A stretch of 63,662 bases of DNA, filler included, from Octopus bimaculoides (GCF_001194135.2; 7 parts of 7 records of this genome joined end to end with filler, not necessarily neighbours in it); one strand, 5' to 3'; positions 12,435 through 25,263 are shown, counted from the first letter of the whole stretch. The notes: a model not told the origin generated them from the sequence alone. Made by a program: numbers and translations.

Positions 12435-12680
12435 GCCCGTGGGCAATTATGAAGTGAATTTTAGGGCTTATAAATCTAATATTCTCCTATCCTTCCTTAA
12501 TACCGGTTCCCATAAGCTATGCATATCAAAAAATACCTTTGGAATGAGAACCCAGGTTCGAAATTTCCCTAAGACACCTGATGAAGTCTGGAGGGTATAT
12601 CAGCAGAAACGTTGTGTTAACAACAAACAAGATGAGGACAAATATCCGTCAAATGTAAATAATGTAAATAATAAAATTAA
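12435..12680 (+). mobile_element. Second PLE-type tail family carrying a hammerhead
   Basis: Contains the hammerhead at 12573-12618. PLE assignment is inferred from that motif type. Confidence 0.5.
12573..12618 (+). ncRNA. Minimal type I hammerhead ribozyme motif
   Basis: Stem I GACAC/GTGTT, canonical CTGATGA, stem II CTG-loop-CAG with two closing mismatches, GAAA, CG palindrome, TT cleavage site. Confidence 0.7.
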
Positions 12681-14577
12681 TATCTTAGCAAATTAATTTT
12701 CGAGAATTTTGTTTTTCGAGAATTTTTTTTTTCGAGAATTTTTTTTTTCGCGAATTGTTTGCCCTTGTATAGAAAGTATTTCTTTCACTTATGTCTGTAA
12801 TTTGATTTCCGCGCAAAACGAATCAGCTGCAACGCAGACTTCGATACGAATATTTTGGGGTATCTTTTCATGGNNNNNNNNNNNNNNNNNNNNNNNNNNN
12901 NNNNNNNNNNNNNNNNNNNNNNNNNNNNNNNNNNNNNNNNNNNNNNNNNNNNNNNNNNNNNNNNNNNNNNNNNNNNNNNNNNNNNNNNNNNNNNNNNNNN
13001 NNNNNNNNNNNNNNNNNNNNNNNNNNNNNNNNNNNNNNNNNNNNNNNNNNNNNNNNNNNNNNNNNNNNNNNNNNNNNNNNNNNNNNNNNNNNNNNNNNNN
13101 NNNNNNNNNNNNNNNNNNNNNNNNNNNNNNNNNNNNNNNNNNNNNNNNNNNNNNNNNNNNNNNNNNNNNNNNNNNNNNNNNNNNNNNNNNNNNNNNNNNN
13201 NNNNNNNNNNNNNNNNNNNNNNNNNNNNNNNNNNNNNNNNNNNNNNNNNNNNNNNNNNNNNNNNNNNNNNNNNNNNNNNNNNNNNNNNNNNNNNNNNNNN
13301 NNNNNNNNNNNNNNNNNNNNNNNNNNNNNNNNNNNNNNNNNNNNNNNNNNNNNNNNNNNNNNNNNNNNNNNNNNNNNNNNNNNNNNNNNNNNNNNNNNNN
13401 NNNNNNNNNNNNNNNNNNNNNNNNNNNNNNNNNNNNNNNNNNNNNNNNNNNNNNNNNNNNNNNNNNNNNNNNNNNNNNNNNNNNNNNNNNNNNNNNNNNN
13501 NNNNNNNNNNNNNNNNNNNNNNNNNNNNNNNNNNNNNNNNNNNNNNNNNNNNNNNNNNNNNNNNNNNNNNNNNNNNNNNNNNNNNNNNNNNNNNNNNNNN
13601 NNNNNNNNNNNNNNNNNNNNNNNNNNNNNNNNNNNNNNNNNNNNNNNNNNNNNNNNNNNNNNNNNNNNNNNNNNNNNNNNNNNNNNNNNNNNNNNNNNNN
13701 NNNNNNNNNNNNNNNNNNNNNNNNNNNNNNNNNNNNNNNNNNNNNATATATATATATATATATATATATACCATACTTTTACTTGGAGAGGTTGAAACTG
13801 ACTTCGAAATTTCGGCATCCTAGCCTTCAGCAGACCGAAATTTCACAATCATTGTCAATCACGTCGTCTTGTAAAAAGTATGATAAATATGTACTCTACA
13901 AAAAGTAGAGTAATTTTTCAGATTAATGTTAAATTTTTATAAGTCGACATAAAAACAAATATACACCTGCGTATGAGTATGTGTGTGCTTGTGTATACAT
14001 ACATACATACGTACATACATGCATACATACATACATACATACATACATACATACATACATACATACATACATACATACATACATACATACATACATACAT
14101 ACTAAACACAGTAGAGAAAGACGAATAGAATATTGATAAGATATTTCTGTTACAACGCACAGATCATGTTTTATTCACCACAAATGACTTGTTATTTCTC
14201 TAGACAGGGCATTTTTATTCTCCAAATAGTCTCATGTCTATATCGTAAAGTTAAAAATAAATAAGCTCCAGAATATCTGTGAATGTCACCCGCAGTAGGT
14301 AGATTTTACAATTAAACACGAACCCCATGAACCTCTAAAATGTATTGATACAATAAATGATATTCAGTTTGCGCGCGTGTTTAAGCGATTATTTGTGCGT
14401 GTCTATATGTCTTTGTCGGGCAATCTCTGCGTTTAAGCCTTTGCTTTCATTAAAAAAGCATAGCATCCAATGGAGTACAGTGTCACAACATTTCAAGTCG
14501 CTTGCCTCACTTTGATATAGTTACATATAAATACAATTTTGATATTTACTTGCCTAACATTCTGTGTCTCTCTTGGT

Positions 14578-14645
<68 letters not shown>

Positions 14646-14822
14646 ACATTTGTGTATGGAGGTTGTATATGCATACATTCACACACTTACACGCATATAT
14701 ATGTATATATAAATATATATGTAATATGTATATATCTATATCTATCTATCTCTCTCTCTCTCTCTATATATATATATANNNNNNNNNNNNNNNNNNNNNN
14801 NNNNNNNNNNNNNNNNNNNNNN

Positions 14823-14834
14823 TTAATTAATTAA
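14823..14834. other. Artificial assembly spacer TTAATTAATTAA (also 33597-33608, 34975-34986, 53284-53295, 54741-54752, 57962-57973)
   Basis: The identical 12-mer, with stops in all six frames, is always embedded between N runs of about 45 bases. Confidence 0.95.
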
Positions 14835-14878
14835 NNNNNNNNNNNNNNNNNNNNNNNNNNNNNNNNNNNNNNNNNNNN

Positions 14879-15122
14879 CTAACTCGTCTATAGTAATCTT
14901 TCTTTATTTTTTCTTTCATTTGTGTATGTTGTATCCTATCTAGTTCATTGACTCCTAAATACTTATATGGTTGGCTTTCGTCTAGTTCTCTTATTTCATT
15001 GGCTTTATCTAGTGTTATATTGCTACTTTTAACTAATTTTCCTCTTTTCAGGGTTGCTTTGGCACATTTTTCTAATCCGAATTTCATTTCTATTTCCTTG
15101 GTAAAGCCGTGTACTGTCTGTA
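14879..15122 (-). mobile_element. R4/Dong-like LINE RT fragment
   Basis: KLQTVHGFTKEIEMKFGLEKCAKATLKRGKL...YKYLGVNELDRIQHTQMKEKIKKDYYRRV. The 5' junction abuts (TAA)n on the element's sense strand (15125-15193). Confidence 0.85.
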
Positions 15123-15123
15123 G

Positions 15124-15194
<71 letters not shown>

Positions 15195-15584
15195 CTAACA
15201 CCTGTATTTTTATGCTGGCATAGGTTGGACAGTTTAACAAGATCCAACACGTTGCTACAGAGCTGTGTTAACCACTGATGTCAGCATTGGCATGGATTCT
15301 ATGGCTGGATGCCTTTCCAAATGCCAACCACTTCACAGTGTGTATTGAGTGCATTTTTCATGTTACTGGGCCTGATTTTGTGGGAAAATCTTGTGGGATG
15401 ATTAGTACTGTTTTGATTTTTAGGACCCAATTGGCTGGTTATTTGGTTTCCATAACATATTCATGATTGAGGTCACAATATTTCCCCTAAGCATGGTGCC
15501 AGTCTGTCATAGAAGAACTCCTGTTACAACTGAGAGAATTGGAACAATATGAATTGAAGTCTGTTTAGACATAAACAATATGAA

Positions 15585-15773
15585 AGATCACTATAGGGAT
15601 CCCTTGTATGCTAAAAATAGATGTCAAACCATACAGAATTAAGTGCTATGTTTCTTTCTTTTCATTTGTCTATCTCATAAACATCTAGTGTGTCACTAGC
15701 TTGAGAACACAGATCTAGTGTTAAGACGGTTTGACATCTATTTTTAGCATACAAGGGATCCACATAGTGGTCT
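15585..15773. mobile_element. MITE-like element with 34-bp perfect inverted repeats
   Basis: GGATCCCTTGTATGCTAAAAATAGATGTCAAACC (15597-15630) is the exact reverse complement of 15728-15761. Imperfect pairing extends about 12 bp outward. Confidence 0.75.
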
Positions 15774-15782
15774 CTTGTAGTC

Positions 15783-16009
15783 TTTTATTCTTTTACTTGT
15801 TTCAGTCATTTGACTGTGGCCATGTTGGAGCACCACCTTTTTTTCGTCGAGCAAATCCATCCAGGACTTATTCTTTGTAAGCCTAGTACTTATTCTATCA
15901 GTCTCTTTTTGCCAGACCGCGAGGTTACGAGGACGTAAACACACCAGTATCACATGTCAAGCGATGTTGAGGAGACAAACACAGACACATAAACACACAC
16001 ACACACACA

Positions 16010-16043
<34 letters not shown>

Positions 16044-16243
16044 GAGAAACATACACACATATATATACATACATACATACGATGGGCTTCTTTCAGTTTC
16101 CGTCTACCAAATCCACTCACAAGGCTTTGGTTGGCCCGAGGCTATAGTAGAAGACACTTGCCCAAGGTGCCACACAGTGGGACGGAACCCGGAACCATGT
16201 GGTTGGTAAACAAGCTACTTACCACACAGCCACACCTGCACCT
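15783..16243 (-). mobile_element. SINE family B, full length
   Basis: Reverse complement of the 8401-8778 family, with a central (CA)n. Confidence 0.9.
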
Positions 16244-16381
16244 ATGTATTGTTTATATTTAAATAGAATTCACGGTCCTCAGACGTTTTTAAGTATGATG
16301 ACCACTGGTTGAAATTGATATTATTTAATAATATTATTTAATAATATTAATTGCTGTTCTTATTAATCAATTGAAGTATTT

Positions 16382-16475
16382 CGCTCAAAAGCACAATGTA
16401 CTGCCCAGTACTGGAATTGAAATCCTGATTGTGAGATTGTGAATGCAACACACTAACCACAAATCCAAACACCTT
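16382..16475 (-). mobile_element. SINE family C head, degraded
   Basis: The reverse complement shows GTGGTTAGTGTGTTGCATTCACAATCTCACAATCAGGATTTCAATTCC. Confidence 0.55.
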
Positions 16476-16754
16476 CACAGGATAATTAATTTAGGGATAA
16501 AATAAATGAAGAGAAAGAGCTAAAAAAAAAAGGGGGCTGAGGTTTAATTGAACTGTGAGAAGCATAGGTGTGTGGGAGGTGGTTCTATTATAAGATGGCT
16601 AAATTTAAAAGCCTTGGGCTTAAAGCAATGAATAATAATGAAAAGGCTTCACATTCTCATGTTGCATAAATAACTAACTCTGAGGTGTCTGATAAGGTTA
16701 TTGAAAAACTCCATAATCCTAGCTCCAATTCTGTAATCTCTGATGAAAATAATG

Positions 16755-17028
16755 GATTCATCATCATTATCATCAACACCTACACCACCACTATTCTCGC
16801 CCCCACAATCATCATCATCACCACCACCATCATTCTCAGCTCCCACCACTATCATCATCATAATCGTCATCATCACCACCACTATCACCACCACCATCAT
16901 TCTCAGCCCCCACCACTATCATCATCATCATCATCATCCTCACCACCACCACCATTCTCACCCCCATCATCGTCATCATCATTGGCATCGTTGTCATCAT
17001 CCTCACCACCACCACCACCACCACCATT
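16755..17028. repeat. Compound (CAT)/(CAC) repeat with a recurring TTCTCAGCCCCCACCACT-like unit
   Basis: Read directly. Confidence 0.9.
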
Positions 17029-17335
17029 TAATGCCAATGGTCCATGCTGACAGGAATTGGAGGGGAGATTCAATTCCAAAAAGTGTTCTTAACATCCTGA
17101 AATAAGGGTACAGAATTGAGCCTCAGGAGAGTTCGGTCAGTATCTGCTGAGATGGAGGGGTCTCATTGAACAAGAAGGTGAGAGATGGATGGACCCTACA
17201 GGGAAGTAAGTGTGAAGCACTGTCAGAAGTTTGGCTCATAGTAAGGGCCCCAAAATTTGTTTTATAAAAAATTCTAAACAAAAGAGAACATTGGTCAATT
17301 ATTGCTAACCCAAAGATAAAATTCATAAAGCATAT

Positions 17336-17616
17336 AGGTAGTGCCCTAGCATATAAGGTAGTGCCTCAGCATGGAAGGGGGTACCCCAACATGGAAGGTG
17401 GTACCCCTAGCATGGAAAGGGATACCCCAACTAGGAAGGGGATACCTCAACATGGAAGGGGGTACCTCAACATGGAAGAGGGTACCTCAACATGGAAGGG
17501 GGTACCTCAACATGGAAGGGAGTACCTCAACATGGAAGGGAGTACTCCAGCATATAAGGTGGTACCCTGGCATGGAAGATGGTACACCAGCATGGAAAGT
17601 AGTGCCCCAGCATGGC
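17336..17616. repeat. 20-bp minisatellite, about 14 units (AGGGGGTACCTCAACATGGA)
   Basis: Contiguous units without spacers; the last unit runs into the SINE-B 3' end sequence GTGCCCCAGCATGGCC. Confidence 0.9.
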
Positions 17617-19014
17617 CACTGTGACTAAAACAAGCACAAGAAAAAAATATATATATTTTACGGTGGCGACATTTATCAACTTCAGTACTTTGTCTGAGGT
17701 GAATAAAAGAACTTAGGAATGGTTACTGACTGTTAGGAAATGATTGTACAAATCGTAAATATAATTCCACATAGATATTAATGGGTATGTGTGATGTGAA
17801 ACTACAGTAAAACTGAAAATAAATAGATATAAATACATGAACGAAATCAAAGTAAAAGGCTGTGCATTATTAGGATGGCTGTAGTTCTATAAATCAGGAA
17901 CTTCAACTGGAAATCGTATGTAAATAACTGACACAAACATGAAAATGTTGTATAATAAGATACGCAAATATGTAGGAGACAGAACAGTGAAGAAATTTAT
18001 CATTCAGTTTGTTATACCAGAAATGGAAGGAAAACTGCGTAAAAAGAGAGAAAAAAGAAAATGTTTTAAGCACCTGATTGCTATGACAGTAAATGAAAAA
18101 AATATAATTGCAGATAGAGGAGAAGAGACCAAACAGAATTCATCTTGAATCTTGAAAGATTCCAGAATAGTTGCAGACTAATGGCAATCAAACAATTAGA
18201 AGGGAACAAAATGTAGTTACAGGAATTAGGTTATGACAAAATATATTAGAGGAGAAAATGGCTGCCGAAGGTAGGAAGGGAGGTAACAAAGTCATTCCTT
18301 ATTTAAGATTAATGCGGTTTCCACTGATGAACAAATACCAAACAATTAAGTGCTTTCAGAACGAGAAAACCTCAACACTTCCTTACCTTTTCTGTGGATG
18401 GACAGAAGAGATGAAGAATTGCAAAAGAACATGGAAATAATGTGAAGAAAAATATCTTTGAATTGGGATGTAAAAGATACAGAATGTGCTGCAGAAGCAG
18501 AAAGATTGGTTTGTATCAAGGATTGGCAATGTCTAAGAGAACTGGCTGATGTGATTAAGTTCCACTTGAAAATCAATAAATCCAAGAATTAGGGAATGGA
18601 CTCTTAATCCAAATGCCATTCAGAATTATATAACGTTGATTCATGTTGGTCTGGTTCAAAAGTAGGAACATTCGAATACAGTAAATAAAAAAATATGTTT
18701 GATTTACTAAAGTATTATATGTTATACGAATGGGTAACTTTGGAAGTATTTGTTTGCCCTCATGGGTAACATCAAGAGATATAACATTGCTCTGTAAAGT
18801 GGTTGACATTAGGAAAAGCATCAAACCATAGAAACTATGCCAAAATAGACAATGGGGCTTGTGCAGTCCTCTGGCTTGCCAGAAGACTCATGTCAAAAAT
18901 CCTCTAACCGATGCCAACATGGAAGACAGACATTGAATGATAAGCAATGTGGCTGATGCTGGTGTTGCGTAACTGGCACCTGTACTGGTGGCACATAGAA
19001 AGCACCTTTCCAGT

Positions 19015-19350
19015 ACTGGGCCTCATGGGGACAACGACAAATGACCAAGACCTTTGGCAAAATGCTGTGCTTTAGAAGAAGAGCTGTCAAGCCAAGTGAA
19101 ATCGTAGTTGTGGCAGATGCTGGTGTCATGCAAATGACACCGGAGCTGGTGGCACACAAAAGCATCCGTTATACTCTCAGCGTAGTTGCTGTTTGGAAAG
19201 AAGTCCATGCCAAATCAGACTGGAATCTGGTGCAGCCCTCAGCTTACCAGCCCCGGTCAAACCATCTGACCCACGCCAGCATGGACAACAGATGTTAAAC
19301 GATGATGCTAATGATGACGATGATTATGATGATGATGATGATGATGATAA
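19015..19350 (+). mobile_element. RTE LINE 3' end with (GAT)n tail
   Basis: GLMGTTTNDQDLWQNAVL*KKSCQAK* resembles an RTE ORF end; 3' UTR ends CCAGCATGGACAACAGATGTTAAACGATGAT. A second tail fragment lies at about 18830-18950. Confidence 0.75.
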
Positions 19351-20247
19351 TGGTTTATGAATTATAACCCAACAATAATTATAATTAAACTTTTATCAAA
19401 ATTTTTGGTGTTTATGCAAAATGATGAAATTAAATCCAATTTTCAAAGGGAAAATACTTATTGCCTTAAAATAAAATAAAATAAATAATATTCAAAATAA
19501 AAAGGAAGGAAAAATAAAATTAATCTCCATGTTCATTTTATATTATGGAAGTTCACATGCAAAATNNNNNNNNNNNNNNNNNNNNNNNNNNNNNNNNNNN
19601 NNNNNNNNNNNNNNNNNNNNNNNNNNNNNNNNNNNNNNNNNNNNNNNNNNNNNNNNNNNNNNNNNNNNNNNNNNNNNNNNNNNNNNNNNNNNNNNNNNNN
19701 NNNNNNNNNNNNNNNNNNNNNNNNNNNNNNNNNNNNNNNNNNNNNNNNNNNNNNNNNNNNNNNNNNNNNNNNNNNNNNNNNNNNNNNNNNNNNNNNNNNN
19801 NNNNNNNNNNNNNNNNNNNNNNNNNNNNNNNNNNNNNNNNNNNNNNNNNNNNNNNNNNNNNNNNNNNNNNNNNNNNNNNNNNNNNNNNNNNNNNNNNNNN
19901 NNNNNNNNNNNNNNNNNNNNNNNNNNNNNNNNNNNNNNNNNNNNNNNNNNNNNNNNNNNNNNNNNNNNNNNNNNNNNNNNNNNNNNNNNNNNNNNNNNNN
20001 NNNNNNNNNNNNNNNNNNNNNNNNNNNNNNNNNNNNNNNNNNNNNNNNNNNNNNNNNNNNNNNNNNNNNNNNNNNNNNNNNNNNNNNNNNNNNNNNNNNN
20101 NNNNNNNNNNNNNNNNNNNNNNNNNNNNNNNNNNNNNNNNNNNNNNNNNNNNNNNNNNNNNNNNNNNNNNNNNNNNNGGGTACACATGTATATACATGTG
20201 TGTTTGTGTATGTGTGTGTATTCCTGTATGCATATATATATATGTAT

Positions 20248-20286
<39 letters not shown>

Positions 20287-20401
20287 CATGCATACAAACA
20301 CACACACACGCTCTCTTCCTCTGACTATCATACTTTCTCCTTCGATGAGTATGTGTGTGTGTGTGTATGTGTGTTTGTGTCATTGTGTCTGTATGTTGCC
20401 C

Positions 20402-20590
20402 TTCCCCAAGAATGCTTGACGATTGGTGTTGGTTTGTTTATGTCACCATAACTTAGTGTTTAGCAAAAGAGACTGATAGAATAATTACCAAGCTTAAAAA
20501 AATAAGTACTGGGGTCCATTCATTCACCTAAAAATCTTCAATGCACTGCCCCAGCATGGTTGCAGTATAAGGATTAAAATAAGCAAAAGA
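20402..20590 (+). mobile_element. SINE family B, 3' half
   Basis: GTTTATGTCACCATAACTTAG...GCCCCAGCATGG. Confidence 0.7.
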
Positions 20591-21284
20591 AAAAGTGAAA
20601 AATAAACTTTGTTGGGATGTGACATGAAATTTCAATGGGTTTAAAGAATTCTCAAGTCATGCTAAGAACACCTTTCATAGGAAAGTTAATTTGCTACATA
20701 GAAAACCGTTCTGTGAAGACTGATTTGAACTGTTACACACTTACCTGATAAATATATGACAAAGAGTATTCGGTGCAAAATATTAACAAATAAATGTCAC
20801 AGGAGCCATCAGTGAAACATGGTTGTAGGTTTCTATGACTACTAAATTACTTTTAATTGTTACTCAGATGAATGCAAGTGGAAACATATTGTGCATTAAA
20901 GAAGAATAAGGTAAGAACTAGCTTTCATACTGTGTGGCTGGACAACTGTGGTATTGATCATTATTTGAAAGCTGTGCATGGAAAGGATAAAAGGTGAAAG
21001 CAGCTGAAGTCAAGGTGTTCACTGAAAGATAGATACGTTTCTAAGTCGAACGATGGCTATAAATATTTGTCGATTTAACAATATAATGATTTCTGGCATT
21101 GGCATAAAGCCACAGTTGTGAAAGAGTAAAAAGCTTTTATGGAATACTTACATAGTTTGATCAAATTTGAGCAGCAAAAGAGTGAAATATGTAAGTTAAT
21201 GGTCTGGATGGTTTGGTGTCAGATACAAAGTAGAATGCTGTTAGGAAAACAAAAACAAAAAGAAAAAAAAGAGAAAAGAGACAG

Positions 21285-21445
21285 AGGCATGGCTGTATGG
21301 TTATGACGCTGGCCTTGCAACCAGAGGCTTTTAGGTTCAGTTCCACTGCATGGCAACTTAGTACAAGTATCTTGTACTAAAGCTCTTAGTTGACTAGTGC
21401 CTTCCGAGTGAATTTCGTTGATGGAAGCTGTGTGGAAGCCAATCA
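21285..21445 (+). mobile_element. SINE family B head, diverged
   Basis: GGCATGGCTGTATGGTTA...GGTTCAGTTCCACTGCATGGC. Confidence 0.65.
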
Positions 21446-21565
21446 TATATATGGATATGAGCATGAGCATGCGTGTGAGTGTGTATGCACATGTATATGT
21501 GCACGTATGTGTGTATGTGTGTGTGTGTGTATGCATGTATATACATATATGTGTGTGTGTATATA

Positions 21566-22717
21566 CAGGGTGTTTAAAAAAATTTGATATCATTTTGCAA
21601 TGTAATAACTTTTCCAGTTCTTGTTCAAATGATTTCAAATTTTAACAGCAAGTATAGAAACAGGTCAAAATTGTATGTTTAATGTTCGATATATTTATCT
21701 TTTCAGGTATAGAAATGGCATTCACTGAAAGAGAAAAGGCATTTTGTGTGTTAGAGTACGCTCAAACACAGTCGAACAAGACTGTAGAGCATGCATTTGT
21801 GAGAGAAGTCTCTAAAAAGTCACCAACGGCAATGCAGATTCGGACATGGCACAAAAAACTCAAAGAGGAACGCTGTCTGTGTAGGGCAAAAGGATCTGGA
21901 TGACCACTAACATTGGAAGAGACTCTTGCGAAACCCCAAGAAGTCCATAAGAAATCTGGAACAGGTCTGGAAACCCAGATTTCTCCAATGACACTTTGGC
22001 ATGTCCTGAGGAAATGTTTTCTAATGAAACCCTACAAGCTGCAGCTTGTTCAGGCCATAATGGCAGATGACAAGTGAAAGCGCAAACAATTCTGTGTTGA
22101 TATGCACAAGAAACTTGAAGAAGCCAAGTTCGAAGAAGTTATGTTTTCAGTGATGAGGCCACATTTCATGTGAATGGCAAAGTCAATAAGCATAATGTTC
22201 GCATTTGGGGCGAAGAAACACCCCATGCCACTGTTGAGCATGAGAGGGACTCACCAAAAGTCAATGTGTTCTGCGCCATCTCCAGGAATCATCTGCATGG
22301 CCCGGTTTTCTTTGAGGGAAATGTGACCAGCGATGTTTATCTGCAAATGTTTCAGAACTGGCTAATGGATGAGCTCATTGCAAATGACCATGAAGACTTC
22401 ATTTTTCAACAGGACAGGGCTCCACCTCACTGGAATCTCACTCTATGGGCTTCTCTCAATGACAATCCACAAGGGAGATGGATCGGACGTGCTGGTGATG
22501 AAGACAATGTGCTGTTGAAATGGCTGCCACGTTCACCTGACCTGAACCTTGCAATTTTTTTCTCTGGGGCTATGTGAAGGGCCTGGACTATGTCCCCACT
22601 CTTCCTGCAAATCTAGAGGAAGTCGAGCAGAGAATCACTACCGCACTGGAGACTGTTACCCAAGACATGCTGCAGTATGTTTGGGTGGAGTTGGACTACT
22701 GACTTGATGTGTGCTGA
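21566..22717 (+). mobile_element. rosa/DD41D-related Tc1/mariner element, pseudogenised, 3' TIR not found
   Basis: TA|CAGGGTG 5' end; ATG at 21715 (MAFTEREKAFCVLEYAQTQSNKTVEHAF, DUF4817-type HTH); FSDEATFH; VRIWG; SPKVNVFCAI; FQQDRAPPHW...RWIGR...WLPRSPDL; frameshifted FFLWGYVK. Several stops and frameshifts. Confidence 0.9.
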
Positions 22718-22759
22718 TGGATACAGTGATGCACTGTTATAGTGCATGCCACCCCACTT

Positions 22760-23350
22760 CATGCTACTACTACCATTTCGATAGGGATATCTTTAATAAA
22801 GCAGTTGTCTATTATAATGGTGCACTATTCAGGAGTGGCTTTAGTGAAACACTGCTTGATCGAGATAAAACCTCACCAATCACACAATATAATAGGTCCA
22901 GAAATGAGAAGGTGAATTAGTTTAATCCACTTCATAACCTTGATGTCAGGACAAACTATCTTCTTAAATCAATTACTACAAATGCAAACATGCCCCACAC
23001 AATTGACAATTGTAACTATAGCAATTCATATGCTTGCCTACTCAGTGGGGGATACTGTATCTCCACACAAATCACATACTAAGCAGCCACAACTCTGGGT
23101 GGCATTCAAAAGAATTTAAATCAGACTAACTGAAAACACTTTTAAGTGTTGCTTCTATTGACATCTCTACTCATTTGGACCAAAGAATAGGGAAATTCTA
23201 AGTGTCTGCCATAATTTATCTGAAATCTCAAAACAAGGGATTAGCATGTACCACAATAAAATAGAACATTATTGGTTGGACTAACCCACTCTATAACAAT
23301 TCAAAGAACTATAGACTTTGTTTTACTGCAAAGTTCCAGATTCAGAAGCA
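22760..23350 (+). mobile_element. Degraded Penelope-like element, RT C-terminus to GIY-YIG region
   Basis: Fragments FNKAVVYYNGALFRSGFSETL, KVN*FNP, TENTFKCCFY*HLYSF and PLYNNSKNYRLCFTAKFQI follow PLE order. A decayed GAAACTCTGAGTAGC tail motif lies near 23641-23657. Confidence 0.6.
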
Positions 23351-24019
23351 AGCCATTGCAGCTTTTATCCAGAGACCAGACATACAGTCCAGTTGCCCTA
23401 CCAGAAGAAGTTCTTCATAGATATTTATGAATACCTGAATGCTGTGATTCATAGAAATTGGTTTCAACAAGCTTCATAGAGTTACTGAATAATAATCTTG
23501 GTCAGAACTATCTCCTCAACACCAAAGTAACACAAGAAGAGCAGTCTTGCAGCTAGCGATGAACCTGATCATGTGTGCATCCTTAACCAATGGTTATTGG
23601 TTATTTAGGCACAACCTCATAAACCCCAAGCACACATGTATGAAACTCTGAGTAGCAATGGACTGAATCACTGAATATTTTTTCCTATCAAACATAAACT
23701 CTGCTTTCTGTACCAAATGCTCTTTCTTTCAATTGTATACATAAACGTGTCTCTATATCTGTGTATGTGTGTGTAAGGGAGTGTATGTATGTGTATGTTT
23801 GTATATACGTATGCAAGTATAGTACCTGAGTTTGTAGGTATGTGTATATATTTATGTACGTTTGTGTGTGTGTATGTATTTATATGAATATCGGCAATTA
23901 TTTATTTGATTGTCAGTTATAACTACTTGAAATGTAAAAAGAAAAAGAAAAGCGAAGAACAAACTCCCAAGAAACAAAATGAATCCACAAAAGAAAAAAA
24001 ATAGCCATAAAGGAAAACA

Positions 24020-24057
<38 letters not shown>

Positions 24058-24246
24058 CAACACTAATAGTAATAATAATGATAAGAGTAATGATAACAAA
24101 ACAACTACAATAATAAGAGTAGTAATAATAATAAATACAATACTAATAATAACAATAATAATAGCAATAATAGTAGTAATAATAATAATAATGATGATGA
24201 TGATAATAACAATAAAATAATAATAATAATAATAATAATGATGATG

Positions 24247-24301
<55 letters not shown>

Positions 24302-24310
24302 TAAAATAAA

Positions 24311-24342
<32 letters not shown>

Positions 24343-24523
24343 TGATGATGATAATAATAATAATAATAACAATNNNNNNNNNNNNNNNNNNNNNNNNNNN
24401 NNNNNNNNNNNNNNNNNNNNNNNNNNNNNNNNNNNNNNNNNNNNNNNNNNNNNNNNNNNNNNNNNNNNNNNNNNNNNNNNNNNNNNNNNNNNNNNNTAAT
24501 AATAATAATAATAATAACAATAA

Positions 24524-24579
<56 letters not shown>

Positions 24580-24582
24580 TAA

Positions 24583-24620
<38 letters not shown>

Positions 24621-24623
24621 TAA

Positions 24624-24667
<44 letters not shown>

Positions 24668-24670
24668 TAA

Positions 24671-24722
<52 letters not shown>
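24020..24722. repeat. Long (TAA)n-rich compound microsatellite spanning a gap
   Basis: Read directly. Confidence 0.95.
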
Positions 24723-24725
<3 letters not shown>

Positions 24726-25226
24726 CCAATTAGAGTTATAGTAGTAATCGCAGTAGTAGTAGTTGTAGTAGTAACAATAACAAGATAACAACAACAACAA
24801 CACCAGCAACACCAGTTTTTCTTGGAGAAATCGAAAGAAATGTAGAGAGAAAAGAAAATGATGAGAAATAATAGGATATATGAAAATAAAGAAAATAACA
24901 ACAGAGAAGCCATTACTGACACAAAAACAGGAAAAAAAAAAAAAAAAGGAGGCGAAAAACATGACAACAACAACAGCAACTAAAAGAAATGGTAAGAACA
25001 TTGAAGAATGGCAACAATATTATTCTCGTAAAAAGTGATAGTACAAGTAAATCGGAAGTAATGTTCAATGAAGAACAATTGTATGGAATTGAATCGAGAG
25101 AATTTTCCAATATTTTTGTCAGATTTGAGGAATAAGGTAGGCCGTAAGTTAATATTTAATATGAGGAGAAAGTTTTTACCGGTTCGAAAATACGACAAAT
25201 ATGTCTGACTGTCTGTTCGATTATGC

Positions 25227-25263
<37 letters not shown>

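Noticed and set aside
14823-14834. Recurrent TTAATTAATTAA palindrome as a biological motif
   Set aside because: All six copies lie inside N runs, so it is an assembler spacer.
16685-17105. His-rich and Ser/Pro-rich ORFs
   Set aside because: Products of the (CAT)/(CAC) repeat; no convincing splice context or homology.
17336-17616. CRISPR-like array
   Set aside because: The units are contiguous with no unique spacers, the context is eukaryotic, and there are no cas genes.
17939-18600. Purine-rich ORF fragments as an old LINE or exon
   Set aside because: No diagnostic motif could be recognised, and candidate splice pairs gave no convincing peptide.
20868-20910. Exon-like segment with good AG and GTAAGA sites
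   Set aside because: It has stops in all three frames; it could only be non-coding or terminal, and there is no other support.
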